IMG/VR virus record: IMGVR_UViG_3300031949_001696
DNA: 64,000 bases
Strand: one strand, 5' to 3'
Source of the DNA: a virus
Lineage: Duplodnaviria; Caudoviricetes
Position numbers and translations under genes: made by a program
The notes under the pieces: model-generated
The model's input: the letters and a program-made list of their open reading frames with translations, nothing else
Databases searched by the model: none
Told to the model about the DNA's origin: nothing
In this document: in pieces, positions 30,157-40,211 of the stretch
Numbering within the stretch: position 1 is the first letter of the stretch
How the letters are laid out: each line of letters opens with the position of its first letter

Positions 30157-31226
30157 CACTCGGCTTCGCCTTGATCGGTTGCGGACGGATCGCTCGAAAG
30201 CATGTCGATGCGATCGCGGCGGTCCCAGGCGCACATCTCGTTGCGACCTGTGATGTTCGATCCGAGCGCGCTCGCGCCTTCGCCGAGCCCCTCGACATTC
30301 CGTGGTTCACCGACATCACCGCGCTACTCGCGACGCCAGGAATCGATGTTGTCAACATTCTCACGCCGACCGGTTTTCACGCCGATCATGCGATCCAGGC
30401 GGCAGCTGCGAAGAAGCACGTTGTCGTTGAGAAGCCAATGGCACTGCGCCTCAAGGATGCTGACGCCATGATCCTCGCGTGTGATCGCGCCGACGTGCGG
30501 TTGTTCGTGGTCAAGCAGAATCGCTACAACGCACCAGTGCAACGGCTCCGCGCCGCGCTCGACGCCGGGCGTTTCGGCAAGCTCGTCCTCGGCACTGTGC
30601 GCGTGCGCTGGTGCCGGCGCCAAGCGTACTACGACCAGGACGCATGGCGCGGTACCTGGCGGCTCGATGGCGGTGTTCTCGCGAACCAGGCGAGCCATCA
30701 CGTCGATCTTCTTCTGTGGATGCTCGGCCCTGTCGCTTCGGTTGTGGCAATGACGTCGACGAGGCTTGTCGAGATCGAGACGGAAGATACCGCAGCCGTG
30801 CTCCTGCGGTTCACGAGCGGGGCACTAGGTATCGTCGAGGCGACAACAGCCGCACGCCCGGATGACCTCGAAGGCTCGCTCAGCATCCTTGGTGAGCGGG
30901 GCACCGTCGTGATCGGCGGTTTTGCCGTGAACGCGCTTGCGACGTGGAAGTTCGATCACGTCGCTCCCGAGGACGCTACCGTGATCGAGGAGTCTCACAC
31001 CGTTCCAGACAACGTGTATGGTTTTGGTCACGCGGCGTTTCTACAGAATGTCGTACACACGATCCGCAGTGGCGGTACAGCACTCGTCGACGGCGCCGAA
31101 GGGCGCAAGTCGATCGAGGTGATCAACGCGATCTATGAGTCAGCACAGACAGGTCGGGAGATCTCGCTGCGCTATCGACCACGTTCCTCGCCTCTTGGGC
31201 GTGGGGGTCGCGGAAAGGATTCCTGA
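30153..31226 (+). CDS. Gfo/Idh/MocA oxidoreductase (WbpB/WlbA-like)
   Basis: GCGRIA, VEKPMA, VKQNRYN, GGVLANQASH. Confidence 0.9.
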   Translation: MTLGFALIGCGRIARKHVDAIAAVPGAHLVATCDVRSERARAFAEPLDIPWFTDITALLATPGIDVVNILTPTGFHADHAIQAAAAKKHVVVEKPMALRLKDADAMILACDRADVRLFVVKQNRYNAPVQRLRAALDAGRFGKLVLGTVRVRWCRRQAYYDQDAWRGTWRLDGGVLANQASHHVDLLLWMLGPVASVVAMTSTRLVEIETEDTAAVLLRFTSGALGIVEATTAARPDDLEGSLSILGERGTVVIGGFAVNALATWKFDHVAPEDATVIEESHTVPDNVYGFGHAAFLQNVVHTIRSGGTALVDGAEGRKSIEVINAIYESAQTGREISLRYRPRSSPLGRGGRGKDS

Positions 31227-31368
31227 GCGGCTGGTCCTCGTCTCGCCTGACGCTCTCTTCGAGCACGCGCCGTGCCCGGTTCGCCCGGTTACGATTGACA
31301 AGGGCACGAAGACAGCTACGTCGCGGTCACGTTGCGCGTCACGCCGCTGGGATGACAAGGTTCTGGAG

Positions 31369-32034
31369 ATGACGACGAAGCTCGTTCCCAGGGCACGGAA
31401 GGAGCGCAAGAGCGTGAGCGTGATCGTGCCCTGCTCGCACAAGCACGTGCGCCTCTTGCCAGCGCTCATCGAACACCTCGGCGCGCAGACCAGGAAGGCC
31501 GACGAGATCGTCGTAGCGGTCTCCGGCTGCGCTGCTGCCCCCGCCGCGCTGGCTGGCGTTCGTATCCTCCACAGCTCCGCGCCCCAGACGTGCGGACATA
31601 ACCGCAACCACGCCTCCGAGGTCGCCGTCGGTGATGTGCTCATCTACCAGGATGCTGACGACCTGCCGCATCCACAGCGCGTCGAGATCATCGCCGGTCT
31701 TTTCGAGACGTACGAGATCGAGCATCTGATGCACCACTACTTCTACAAAACGAGTGAACCACGGACATTTACCCTTGAAGAAGCAGTCGTGTGCAGTGCG
31801 TACTACGCGGAGCCCAAACTCGGATCGTCACCGAAGGTCGGCGCGGACTCGGGCGTTACGAACGGCAATGTCGCCATCGCGCGCACGGTATTCCAGGCCG
31901 TACGGTGGCCCTCGTCTTTCGGCATCGGCACGGACCAGACGTTCAACCGCGCCGTCTACGCACGTTTCACACGTACCGCCGTCACGCAACTCCCGCTCCT
32001 CACGTATCGCCACGACCTCTCGAGTTTCCGGTAG
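31369..32034 (+). CDS. GT2 glycosyltransferase
   Basis: VSVIVP, NRN, YQDADD. Confidence 0.8.
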   Translation: MTTKLVPRARKERKSVSVIVPCSHKHVRLLPALIEHLGAQTRKADEIVVAVSGCAAAPAALAGVRILHSSAPQTCGHNRNHASEVAVGDVLIYQDADDLPHPQRVEIIAGLFETYEIEHLMHHYFYKTSEPRTFTLEEAVVCSAYYAEPKLGSSPKVGADSGVTNGNVAIARTVFQAVRWPSSFGIGTDQTFNRAVYARFTRTAVTQLPLLTYRHDLSSFR

Positions 32035-32092
32035 GGCACCAGAGAAGACCTAGGTGTCACCCCTCGCCGCCGCCGACTTATGTCGTTTTCGC

Positions 32093-32124
32093 TCGCTAGG
32101 TCGCTAGGTCGCTAGGTTGCTAGG
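32093..32124. repeat. Intergenic (TCGCTAGG)x4 tandem repeat
   Basis: Seen directly; last unit TTGCTAGG. Confidence 0.85.
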
Positions 32125-32175
32125 CTGAGCGGCGGGAAGGACTCTTCGTAAGGCTTCGTGGCCGAGGGCCGGAGG

Positions 32176-32691
32176 TCAGAGCTTAACGAGCCAAGATCCG
32201 TCGCTGAACCGCCACTGGGGCTTCCCGAGCAGCTCCTCGACTGCTCGCTCAACACCCGGGCAGTCACCTCCGTAGTCGTGACCCCCGAGGAACTTTCCCG
32301 GCTTCACGAGCGGTTGGCAGGCTTTGATGTCTTGCACCACAGCCTCGTAGGAATGATCTCCGTCGATGTAGCAGAGATCGAATGTTCGATCGGCGACGGC
32401 CGACAATGCCGACGGGCTGAAGCCCTCGATCATCTCAAGATGCGGATAGTGACTGCATCGCGCCAAGAATTCGCGGCGAATTGTGAAGTCAGGCCACGGA
32501 TCAACCGCGGTGACTCGTGCGCAGTGCAGAAGCCAAACCTCGGTCGAAACTCCGCGATAGCACCCGATTTCGAGCACTGACATCGGCCGCACGACCTTGA
32601 TGAGTTCAAACAGATCGGGTAGGCGTGCGGCCCCCCACTGCTCTGTTAGCAGTTCAGCGATGCGCGCCCCCTTGAACATCGAAAACAGCAT
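32176..32691 (-). CDS. Class I SAM methyltransferase (Methyltransf_24-like)
   Basis: VLEIGCYRG, YIDGDHSYE, GGHDY. Confidence 0.8.
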   Translation of the reverse strand: MLFSMFKGARIAELLTEQWGAARLPDLFELIKVVRPMSVLEIGCYRGVSTEVWLLHCARVTAVDPWPDFTIRREFLARCSHYPHLEMIEGFSPSALSAVADRTFDLCYIDGDHSYEAVVQDIKACQPLVKPGKFLGGHDYGGDCPGVERAVEELLGKPQWRFSDGSWLVKL

Positions 32692-32935
32692 GCGTGCGTC
32701 TCCTCGTATCTTTGTAGGTGTTGTACGTCCTAAGCCCCCTAAGTAGCCAAGCAGCGCTTGACTCCCTCTGTGCTATCAACTTGTTGACTGATCGGTGGAT
32801 CACGCAGCGTGAGCATCACCATCTTAGATCTTAGATCTCTTCGCCATTGCACGCGCTTGTACCGCTGGCATATGAAGCTCGTCAATGCGGAGCGAATTGT
32901 GTGGCGAGCTGGAACCGCGCAGCAAGCGCGAAGCC

Positions 32936-35900
32936 ATGGTTGCCGTCGTGACCGGATACGCGCAGATACCGGACTTTCCGCGAAGCCCTGAGGAGTACGA
33001 GTGCCTCGGCTTAAAGCTCAGCGATCTCCGGGCCGCACCAGTGCAGGTGTTTCGATCGGCGCTGGAGGACTGCTGGCTCTATGAACACGTCCGCGATCGT
33101 CACGTCGATCACGCTGTCGCCGACAATCCGAAGAAAAACTCGCTTGCCTACCATGTCGTTCAACACCAGAAGACTGCGTGGCTTGTCTCCGCATTGGCGA
33201 CCAATCCACTGGCGGATATTTTGGTGTGGATTGATTACGGGATCTTCCACGTACCTGGGGTCACCGCGGACGTGATCGACGATTTTTTGCGTCGTATCGT
33301 CGCGCGGCACGAGATTGCGATCCCAGGTTGCTACGCTTCCGCCTGCGCGTCGATCGACTGGCCCGATTGGCGCTTTTGCGGAGGGTTGTTCGTCGTGCCG
33401 CGCGAACTCGTGTGCCCCTTCCACGAGGCTGTGCGAGAGGTGACATTGGAACGTCTGGCGACAACGGGGCGCGTGACGTGGGAAGTGAACGACTGGGCAG
33501 AGGTCGAGCATCGGAAGCTCGTGCCAATCCGTTGGTACAAGGCCGACCATAACGCGACACTGTTCACAAACTACGAAGCCGAAAAGCCTCAGGAGGAGCA
33601 AACTATGACAGAAGCCATGTCACAGGAGCAGGTTCATGGAGAGGAGCCTTCGCCCGAGTCTCGTTTCGTATCGCCGAAGTTCCAGCTTTTTCGCCCGGCG
33701 TTCTCCCCTGGATCTTGCTACCTCCTCCGTGACGCCGCCGAGGAAGCCTACTTCGCGCGCCGCGGCGGCGCCCCCGAGGCTGCCTTGATCGCGTGGGCGA
33801 CGCAGTTCATCGCGCATGACGAGACCTTCGTCGACGTTGGCGCGCATGTCGGTACGTGGGCGCAACACTTCGCGCTGAAGTGCAAGCAGGTCCACGCGTT
33901 CGAGCCACAGCGATCGACGTACGATCGCCTGCTCGAAGGTGTCCGACTGGCCAAGCTCGGCAACGTAACTTGCCACGACGTGGCGCTCGGCGGTCAGGGC
34001 GAGGTCGATCTGCATGTCGTCTCGGCGGACGGCGTCGGCTCGACGCTGCGCCACCGGCAAGAGCTGGGCGCCGTGCTCGGCGTCGAGCGCGTCCGCTGCG
34101 CTCAGCTCGACGACTTCGATTTCGACAACCTCGGCGTCATCAAGATCGACGCGGAGGGCTTCGAGATCGATATCTTATACGGCGCGACAAAGACCTTGGA
34201 GAAGCACCGGCCGACGCTCCTTCTGGAGGCGTGGAACCACGAGTGGTACGCGCGCGAGCGCGCCGAGCTGATCACGCACGTCGTCGACCTCGGCTACGGC
34301 GTGGTGCCTGTTCAGGGCTGGCCGCAAATGTTTCTCGTGGAACCGAAAGTGAAGAGACGATCTTCCACGCTCGATCGTGGGCGCATCGTCGTGCCCAACG
34401 GAGGTGAGACACGGGTCGTCACCAAGAAGCCGACAGTGCCCTTAGATGTCGCATCGCTCGTGCAAGCACTTCGGACGACCGCGTCTCTCTCGCCCGAGCG
34501 GTCGTTGCTCGGCCTGGTGATGATCGTCAAGAACGAAGTGAAGCGCCTCGCAGCGGTGCTCGCGTCGTACCGACCCTATATCGACGCATGGACGATCCTT
34601 GACACTGGATCGACCGACGGCACCCAAGATCTGATCAAGCGCGAGCTGGCCGGCATTCCGGGCACCCTGCACGAGGAGCCCTTCGTCGACTTCGCGACGA
34701 GCAGAAACCGCGCGCTTGAGCTGCACGGCACGGCCACGATGTTCTCGATCATGCCCAACGGCGACGTGCTCGAAGGCGGTGCTGAGTTGGTCAGCTTCCT
34801 AGAGGCGCACCGTCGAGATCTCGCCGGCGCGTACCGTGTCCGCATCGCGCCTGGCCACTACTACCATCCGCTCGTCATGCGCACAGGCTTCGGGTGGCGC
34901 TACAAGTGGCGGACGCACGAGTGTGCGATGGGGCCCAACACGGGACCAGCGATCCCGGGGGTTACCGTGTTCCGTGATCGCGGCACGCGCACCGACGAAG
35001 AATGGCGCGTGCGCTGGATGCGTGATCTCGATCTGTTGAACCGCGATCGTACGGACGATCCCAAGGACCCCAGGCCCTATTTCTACTTGGGTCAGACGCA
35101 CGAATGTCTGGGAGAGCCCGCGCAGGCGCTCGAGATGTTCGAGCAGCGCGCGAAGATGGGTGGCTATTTCGACGAGGTGTACGAGGCGAAGTTTCGAATC
35201 GGCAAGATGATGCAGTTGCTCGATCGGCCCTGGGCCGAGATCCAGCAGGCATATCTGGAGGCGTTCGCTCACGATCCGCGACGTGCCGAGCCGCTCTACG
35301 CGATCTCCCAGCACTGGTACGACAAGGGGGTCCACGCGATCTCCCGCCTCTTTGCAGTCGCCGCGGCGGAGATGCCGAAGCCGCCGACGGACCTCTTCCT
35401 TGACGAGGACGTCTACACTTGGAAAGCGGCAGATCGCGCGGCGATCTCGTCGTTCTATTCAGGGCACAAGAAGGAAGGCCGCGACTTCGCCGAGCAGGCG
35501 GTGAGTTTTCATCCCCACGACGAGCGTCTGCGCTCGAATCGCGCGTTCTACTCGCCGAGCGCGGGCGAGCTGTTCGGCGCGACGGCGCACGCGATCGACT
35601 TCGCGCCCGAGCCGGGTTGGAACGCGAGCAATCCGTCGATTTACTTCGACGGCGATCGCACGCGCTGCATCGTCCGCACCGTGAACTACAAGCTCGTGAA
35701 CGGATCCTACGTCACGCCTCCCGGAGACATGGTCCGCGACGAGGGACCCTGGAAGGGATGGCAGATCATCCGAACGCGCAATTTCCTGCTCGACCTCGAC
35801 GCTGATTTCAAGACGACGCGCTCCGTCGAGATCGTGGACAAGACGGGTGACGAGCGGACGGGCTACCCGATCCACGGCTTCGAGGACGCCCGGCTCTTCG

Positions 35901-36529
35901 CGTGGAAAGGATCGTGGTGGGCGACCGCGACGGTCTGCGACTTCACCGAGGACGGCCGCCGCGAGATCGCGCTGCTCCAGCTTGACGACGACGGTGCGGT
36001 GGTCCGCGCACAAGCCCTGCGCGGTCCGTGGAGTCCGCACGCGCAGAAGAACTGGATGCCGCTCGTCGATGGGGATCAAGCCAAGTTCATCTATGCGACG
36101 AGCCTCGACGGTGACGTTGGATCAACGGTGATCTTCGATCTTGTTGAAGCTGAGGATCGCGAGGCACGCCCGTGCTACGTGATCCCGCCGCCTCCGACCG
36201 GCGCGGACTATGGCCATGGTCGTTTGCGCGGTGGCTCGCAGGCCGCGCGCGTCGAGGGTGGCTGGATCTTCGTCGTCCACGACGTGGCCTTTCCGGGCTC
36301 GGGGCGGATGTACCTTCATCGGTTCGTCTTCATCGATGATCAATGCCAGCTGGTATCGATGACCGATCCGTTCTACTTCGAGAAGCTGGGTATCGAGTTC
36401 TGTGCGGGTTTGGCGCTCGTGGACGGAAAGCTCGTCGCGAGCTACGCGGTCAACGATGGCTCGGCTCGCTTGGGGATCTTCGAGTGGTCGCGCATTCGAC
36501 GCGCGTTGCGCAAGGATTTCGTGATCTGA
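32936..36529 (+). CDS. Multidomain glyco-enzyme: HtrL/WlaTC-like + FkbM methyltransferase + GT2 + TPR + beta-propeller
   Basis: WIDYG/WRFCGG/ADHN; VDVGAHVG/FEP/IKIDAEG; MIVKNE/DTGSTDGT; FYLGQ/PRRAE; NPSI/GFEDARLF/KNWMP/GIEFCAG. Confidence 0.85.
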   Translation: MVAVVTGYAQIPDFPRSPEEYECLGLKLSDLRAAPVQVFRSALEDCWLYEHVRDRHVDHAVADNPKKNSLAYHVVQHQKTAWLVSALATNPLADILVWIDYGIFHVPGVTADVIDDFLRRIVARHEIAIPGCYASACASIDWPDWRFCGGLFVVPRELVCPFHEAVREVTLERLATTGRVTWEVNDWAEVEHRKLVPIRWYKADHNATLFTNYEAEKPQEEQTMTEAMSQEQVHGEEPSPESRFVSPKFQLFRPAFSPGSCYLLRDAAEEAYFARRGGAPEAALIAWATQFIAHDETFVDVGAHVGTWAQHFALKCKQVHAFEPQRSTYDRLLEGVRLAKLGNVTCHDVALGGQGEVDLHVVSADGVGSTLRHRQELGAVLGVERVRCAQLDDFDFDNLGVIKIDAEGFEIDILYGATKTLEKHRPTLLLEAWNHEWYARERAELITHVVDLGYGVVPVQGWPQMFLVEPKVKRRSSTLDRGRIVVPNGGETRVVTKKPTVPLDVASLVQALRTTASLSPERSLLGLVMIVKNEVKRLAAVLASYRPYIDAWTILDTGSTDGTQDLIKRELAGIPGTLHEEPFVDFATSRNRALELHGTATMFSIMPNGDVLEGGAELVSFLEAHRRDLAGAYRVRIAPGHYYHPLVMRTGFGWRYKWRTHECAMGPNTGPAIPGVTVFRDRGTRTDEEWRVRWMRDLDLLNRDRTDDPKDPRPYFYLGQTHECLGEPAQALEMFEQRAKMGGYFDEVYEAKFRIGKMMQLLDRPWAEIQQAYLEAFAHDPRRAEPLYAISQHWYDKGVHAISRLFAVAAAEMPKPPTDLFLDEDVYTWKAADRAAISSFYSGHKKEGRDFAEQAVSFHPHDERLRSNRAFYSPSAGELFGATAHAIDFAPEPGWNASNPSIYFDGDRTRCIVRTVNYKLVNGSYVTPPGDMVRDEGPWKGWQIIRTRNFLLDLDADFKTTRSVEIVDKTGDERTGYPIHGFEDARLFAWKGSWWATATVCDFTEDGRREIALLQLDDDGAVVRAQALRGPWSPHAQKNWMPLVDGDQAKFIYATSLDGDVGSTVIFDLVEAEDREARPCYVIPPPPTGADYGHGRLRGGSQAARVEGGWIFVVHDVAFPGSGRMYLHRFVFIDDQCQLVSMTDPFYFEKLGIEFCAGLALVDGKLVASYAVNDGSARLGIFEWSRIRRALRKDFVI

Positions 36530-36582
36530 GCGCAGCCTGGCCGGCCTTGGCGGCTCCGCGGCGTACATGCGATAACGATGTC

Positions 36583-37116
36583 ATGATCCAGGCAGCCGCG
36601 GCGACGACTCCTCTGGCGCAGATCTTGGCGCAGTGTCGCGCTGAACCGATCGTCTTCGACGGCGTACGGCCCGAGCTCTGCGCGCAGCTGGCAGAGATCA
36701 TCTTGCATCGAATGCAGAACGATCGTGGGCGCAGGACCGGATCGCTCAACGTCGGCGGGTGGAAGTCAGGGGAGGACTTCTTCTCGTGGTCTGACGCGGC
36801 GGTGCAGGAACTCCGGCAAGCGATCGTCGAGATGATCGGTGCGCGATCGCTGGTCGCCTGGGCCATGGTGAACCGCGCGGGGAGCCACCATCCGAGGCAC
36901 CAGCACCGAGTCGCGATCCTCACCGGGATCTACTACGTGGATGCCGGCAGCGAAGATGCGATCACGCCGACCGTCTTTGAGTGCCCGGGCGGCGAGCTGG
37001 AAATCGAGCCGCATCCCGGCCGGCTCGCGTTCTTTCGTGGTGAGATGTGGCACCGTGTACCGATCTACCGGGGCGATCTGCCGCGGATCACGATTGCCTT
37101 CGACGTAAGGCGCTAG
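36583..37116 (+). CDS. Putative 2OG-Fe(II) oxygenase (TIGR02466-like)
   Basis: SLNVGGWKS, HQH, G.YYV, WHRV, RITIAFD. Confidence 0.8.
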   Translation: MIQAAAATTPLAQILAQCRAEPIVFDGVRPELCAQLAEIILHRMQNDRGRRTGSLNVGGWKSGEDFFSWSDAAVQELRQAIVEMIGARSLVAWAMVNRAGSHHPRHQHRVAILTGIYYVDAGSEDAITPTVFECPGGELEIEPHPGRLAFFRGEMWHRVPIYRGDLPRITIAFDVRR

Positions 37117-37181
37117 AGATATTCGTCGAGGGCATCGCTCCTGGCTGCTTCGTCGATTCGTCGATCGGATAGACTGTCGCG

Positions 37182-37739
37182 ATGGAGGCACCCGCGGCTA
37201 ATCCCATGATGCAGATCGCGGCGCAGTGTCGCTCCGAGCCGGTCGTCTTCGACGACCTTCGCCCCGAGCTCTGCCCTGCACTTGAGCAGGTTATTCTCGA
37301 TCGGATGCAGAACGATCGTGGTCGCAAGATCGGATCGCTCAACGTCGGCGGCTGGAAATCGGGTGAAGATTTCTTCGCGTGGCCCAACGTCGCGGTGCAG
37401 GAGCTGCGGCAATCGATCTTCGAGCTGGTTGGCGCGAGGTCGCCGATTGCGTGGGCCATGGTGAACCGTGCGGGCAGCCATCACCCTCGGCACCAGCACC
37501 GAGTCGCGATCCTCTCGGGCGTGTACTACGTGACGGCCGGCAGTGCCGACGCGATCACGCCGACCGTCTTCGAGTGCCCGTGTGACGGGCGCCCAGTGCG
37601 TGGACGCGATAGCTACGAGCTGGAGGTCGAGCCTCACCCTGGGCGTCTCGTGCTCTGCCGCGGCGAGACGTGGCACCGGCTTCCCGCCTATTTCGGTGAG
37701 CTGCCGCGGATCACGATCGCGTTCGACGTGCGACGCTGA
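37182..37739 (+). CDS. Putative 2OG-Fe(II) oxygenase, tandem duplicate
   Basis: Same motifs; highly similar to 36583..37116. Confidence 0.8.
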   Translation: MEAPAANPMMQIAAQCRSEPVVFDDLRPELCPALEQVILDRMQNDRGRKIGSLNVGGWKSGEDFFAWPNVAVQELRQSIFELVGARSPIAWAMVNRAGSHHPRHQHRVAILSGVYYVTAGSADAITPTVFECPCDGRPVRGRDSYELEVEPHPGRLVLCRGETWHRLPAYFGELPRITIAFDVRR

Positions 37740-37852
37740 AGAGGCGATCAGTCCCATTTCCCGATGAGTTGATTGATGCGCGCGTGGACCCAGCGCGCGC
37801 CGGCATCACCGCTCGGCAGAAAACCCGTTCGCTACGAGCCGAAGGTTCAAAC

Positions 37853-37884
37853 GCATCTCGGCATCTCGGCATCTCGGCGTCTCG
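37853..37884. repeat. Intergenic (GCATCTCG)x4 tandem repeat
   Basis: Seen directly; last unit GCGTCTCG. Confidence 0.85.
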
Positions 37885-37975
37885 GCAATTGTGGCCGGCT
37901 CGGGATCGAGGCTGCGGTAACACGTAGGATCGCCGCTTTTTTGACCTGCTACGTGGAAGTGCCTAACGTAGCTCA

Positions 37976-38944
37976 ATGGCCGACAGCACCAAGAGGCTCC
38001 CGGGCTGCGGTGAAGGGGCAAGCGGTGAGCGGGGGAAACGAGGACCTCGCGGTCATCGCGGTCCTGACGGCAACGACGGACAAGCTGGCGCGACCGGCCC
38101 CACGGGACCCACGGCTCCGACGAGTGATGACGCGGCGATCTTCGTCAGCGGATCTCCTGACGGTGTAGTCACGGGTCCGGTCGGACAAGTAGCTACGGAT
38201 GATGTGACCGGTGTGCGTTGGCAGAACACCAACGGCGGTACCGCGTGGGAAGTCCTCTCGATTCCACAACGTTGGGGAACCCGCTATTTCGACGATGCGC
38301 TCGGCTTTAATAGTTCGTGGGGACCGCAAACATCCGTCGGTGGAGGCGGATCGGTGGGTGAAGGGGTTGTCGTTAACAATAGCCCCGGCAACTTCGTCTA
38401 CACGGTTTCGACAGCTGGCACAGCCTTCGCCATATCTCGAACCGCAGGCTCGGCTGGTTTGGCTGGTCTGATATTTGGTGGCGGCGTGGTTCGTATGGAG
38501 CTTTCGTTCCGCATGGAAGCGCTCTCGAATGGCGTGGACAACGCCGTCGCGAGAATTGGCGCCCATGACTCGAACGCTTTCGCGGAGCCTACCGACGGCG
38601 TGTACTTCGAGTACGACTTCGCCGAGCACGGAGATCACAACTGGCGGCTTGTCGCTGCAAATGCCGGTGTCCGAACCAAAACCGACACCGGCATCGCAGC
38701 GACCGCAAGCGCGACAGTCTTTACTCGGTTCCGACTCGACGTCAATGCCGACGGTACTGTACTCACCGGATCGATCGATGGAGTGCCGGCAGCAGCTCCA
38801 GTTGTCACCAACATCCCGGTTACGGCAGCACAAGCCTGCGGGCCATTGTGGGTGCAATGGACCAAGCAGCTCGGAGCTGGACCGATGGTTGCGTCACTCG
38901 ATTGGGAACTGTTTTGGCAAATCCTTACAGTCCCTAGGAACTGA
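37976..38944 (+). CDS. Collagen-like (Gly-X-Y) fibre/spike protein with beta-rich head
   Basis: GERGKRGPRGHRGPDGNDGQAGATGPTGPT followed by a Gly/Thr/Trp-rich beta domain. Confidence 0.75.
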   Translation: MADSTKRLPGCGEGASGERGKRGPRGHRGPDGNDGQAGATGPTGPTAPTSDDAAIFVSGSPDGVVTGPVGQVATDDVTGVRWQNTNGGTAWEVLSIPQRWGTRYFDDALGFNSSWGPQTSVGGGGSVGEGVVVNNSPGNFVYTVSTAGTAFAISRTAGSAGLAGLIFGGGVVRMELSFRMEALSNGVDNAVARIGAHDSNAFAEPTDGVYFEYDFAEHGDHNWRLVAANAGVRTKTDTGIAATASATVFTRFRLDVNADGTVLTGSIDGVPAAAPVVTNIPVTAAQACGPLWVQWTKQLGAGPMVASLDWELFWQILTVPRN

Positions 38945-38988
38945 GCGGTCGTGCTCGTTGCGCTCCCATCGCGAGCAAGCGCGACTGC

Positions 38989-39372
38989 TTAATTCTTGAT
39001 GAGTGCTCGAACCAGGCTCTCGCCCAAGATGTAGAGCGCCAGCGCGCGGTGATTGCCGTCGGTGATAGCGTAGCTCCGAAACGGCGTGCGCTTGATCTCG
39101 ATGCCCTTCTCATCGAGCGCGTAGATCCCGTCGCGGCCTTTGTCGATGAGCCATTGGATCGCCTCGCGTTGAGCGAGCCAGCCCTCATGTGAGGGGACGT
39201 CCTTGCCCTCATACGCGCGTTTGACCCTGCTCGCCAGGTGGACGAAGGGTAGGTTCAGGAGCGTAGGAAAACCGAAGACCGCACGGAATCCCCACCGTCG
39301 ATCCCGATGGCAGCCGATTTCGTGGTGGTTCAGGACCAGGCGCGTGAAGGGCACCTTGATCACCTTCGGCAT
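38989..39372 (-). CDS. ParB/Srx-like domain protein
   Basis: YAITDGNHRALA motif. Confidence 0.6.
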   Translation of the reverse strand: MPKVIKVPFTRLVLNHHEIGCHRDRRWGFRAVFGFPTLLNLPFVHLASRVKRAYEGKDVPSHEGWLAQREAIQWLIDKGRDGIYALDEKGIEIKRTPFRSYAITDGNHRALALYILGESLVRALIKN

Positions 39373-39520
39373 CGTCGATGTATAGCTGATCATCGCGTGG
39401 GCACGCGTCGGTGCGGAGCGTGGAGATCTCCTGTTGCAGCCGCGGTCCGTTGAGTGCTTCTCTTTGGCGTAGCGCCTGCGGTAAAAACGCGACGTGCATG
39501 AATCTACGGAGTTTCATCCC

Positions 39521-39862
39521 ATGATCGTCGATAAGCCCTGGGGCCACGAGCTGATCTGGGCCAAGACTGATCGCTACGTCGGCAAGATCCTCCACGTGCG
39601 CGCAGGCGAAGCGCTCTCGCTCCAGTACCACCGCGTGAAGGACGAGACGATCATGGTGCTCTCCGGTCGGCTCAAATTCGAGTTTTTCGCCGAAGGTGAG
39701 TCGCCGGCCGTTCGCGAGTTGGGACCGCGCGAGCCGTTTCACGTCACGCCCGGCCTGCGCCATCGGATGATCGCGATCGAGGACACCGACGTGTTGGAGG
39801 TGTCGACGACCGAATTGGACGACGTTGTCCGGCTCGCAGATCGTTACGGCCGGATTTCCTGA
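39521..39862 (+). CDS. Cupin (mannose-6-phosphate-isomerase-like)
   Basis: VDKPWGHE, LSLQYH..KDET, HR, EVST...DDVVRL.D.YGR. Confidence 0.85.
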   Translation: MIVDKPWGHELIWAKTDRYVGKILHVRAGEALSLQYHRVKDETIMVLSGRLKFEFFAEGESPAVRELGPREPFHVTPGLRHRMIAIEDTDVLEVSTTELDDVVRLADRYGRIS

Positions 39863-39917
39863 TCGCAGGAGATCTCGTCCAGGCATCTGCGATCGACGCG
39901 GTGTTAATATCGCGCCA

Positions 39918-40199
39918 ATGGCTCTCACCCTTCCCGCCGACGCCGGCGAGCCGATGTCGGACGTGCTTGTGGCCGCGGCCAAGGTGCAGCGTCACGAGTT
40001 CCCTACGCTCACGCGGCAGGTGTCGCTTCGCAACACGGGAACGAACACCTTGTGGCTCTCGCTCGACAAGAAGAAATGGTTCGACGTCGCGTGCGGCACG
40101 TCGTGGGACGATCGTGTGAGCGTCCGCGAGCTGTGGTACTGCACGCAGCTCGGCAAGACGCGTTTCGCATTGCTCGGCATCGCGCTCATCGGTCCGTGA
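39918..40199 (+). CDS. Small beta-rich protein
   Basis: LRNTG.N.LWLSLD pattern. Confidence 0.6.
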   Translation: MALTLPADAGEPMSDVLVAAAKVQRHEFPTLTRQVSLRNTGTNTLWLSLDKKKWFDVACGTSWDDRVSVRELWYCTQLGKTRFALLGIALIGP

Positions 40200-40211
40200 G
40201 GAGACGAAGCC

